DNA of 64,000 bases from Octopus sinensis (taxonomy: Eukaryota), in assembly GCF_006345805.1 (NCBI RefSeq), contig NC_043000.1:93868001-93932000 (forward strand). The letters run 5' to 3'. Position numbers and translations under genes: made by a program. The notes under the pieces are model-generated. The model did no database searches. It worked only from the letters and a program-made list of their open reading frames with translations, and was not told where the DNA came from. This document shows positions 63,937 through 64,000 of this stretch, piece by piece (the stretch's first letter is position 1; every line of letters begins with the position of its first letter).

Positions 63937-64000
63937 ACTTTCTCTCTCTCACTCTCTCTCTTTCACACACATACTCTCTCTATATATATGTATATAAATG

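Overview
AT-rich, repeat-saturated animal genomic DNA with no intact multi-domain gene. The repeat repertoire points to a coleoid cephalopod, most likely Octopus; this is an inference from the tRNA-SINE families and microsatellite load and was not checked against a database. Almost all ORFs in the track are artefacts of (TA)n, (CA)n, (TCTA)n, (AAT)n or (GAA)n tracts. The recognisable content is: (1) more than 25 tRNA-derived SINE copies, labelled here families A-E; (2) decayed non-LTR fragments of the RTE, CR1-group, R4/Dong and L1/Tx1 clades; (3) four D,D34D-type mariner-derived elements and one DD41D (rosa-type) element; (4) many Penelope-like (PLE) terminal-repeat remnants, several carrying type I hammerhead ribozyme (HHR) motifs; (5) Helitron-like heads; and (6) a 100-N scaffold gap. 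Two systems stand out. The first is a set of non-coding inverted-repeat elements with an HHR in each arm, including a perfect 163-bp inverted repeat with an intact-looking HHR on each strand. The second is a Tx1-clade network: two copies embedded in (TCTA)n tracts, a twin-priming-like 5' inversion, an ORF1-only 'half-LINE', and a SINE subfamily sharing the Tx1 3' stem-loop tail with compensatory changes. A separate observation is that several standard-tail SINE-B copies have TSDs beginning with AATATT. Two mutually exclusive low-confidence host-gene exon chains are proposed but not validated.
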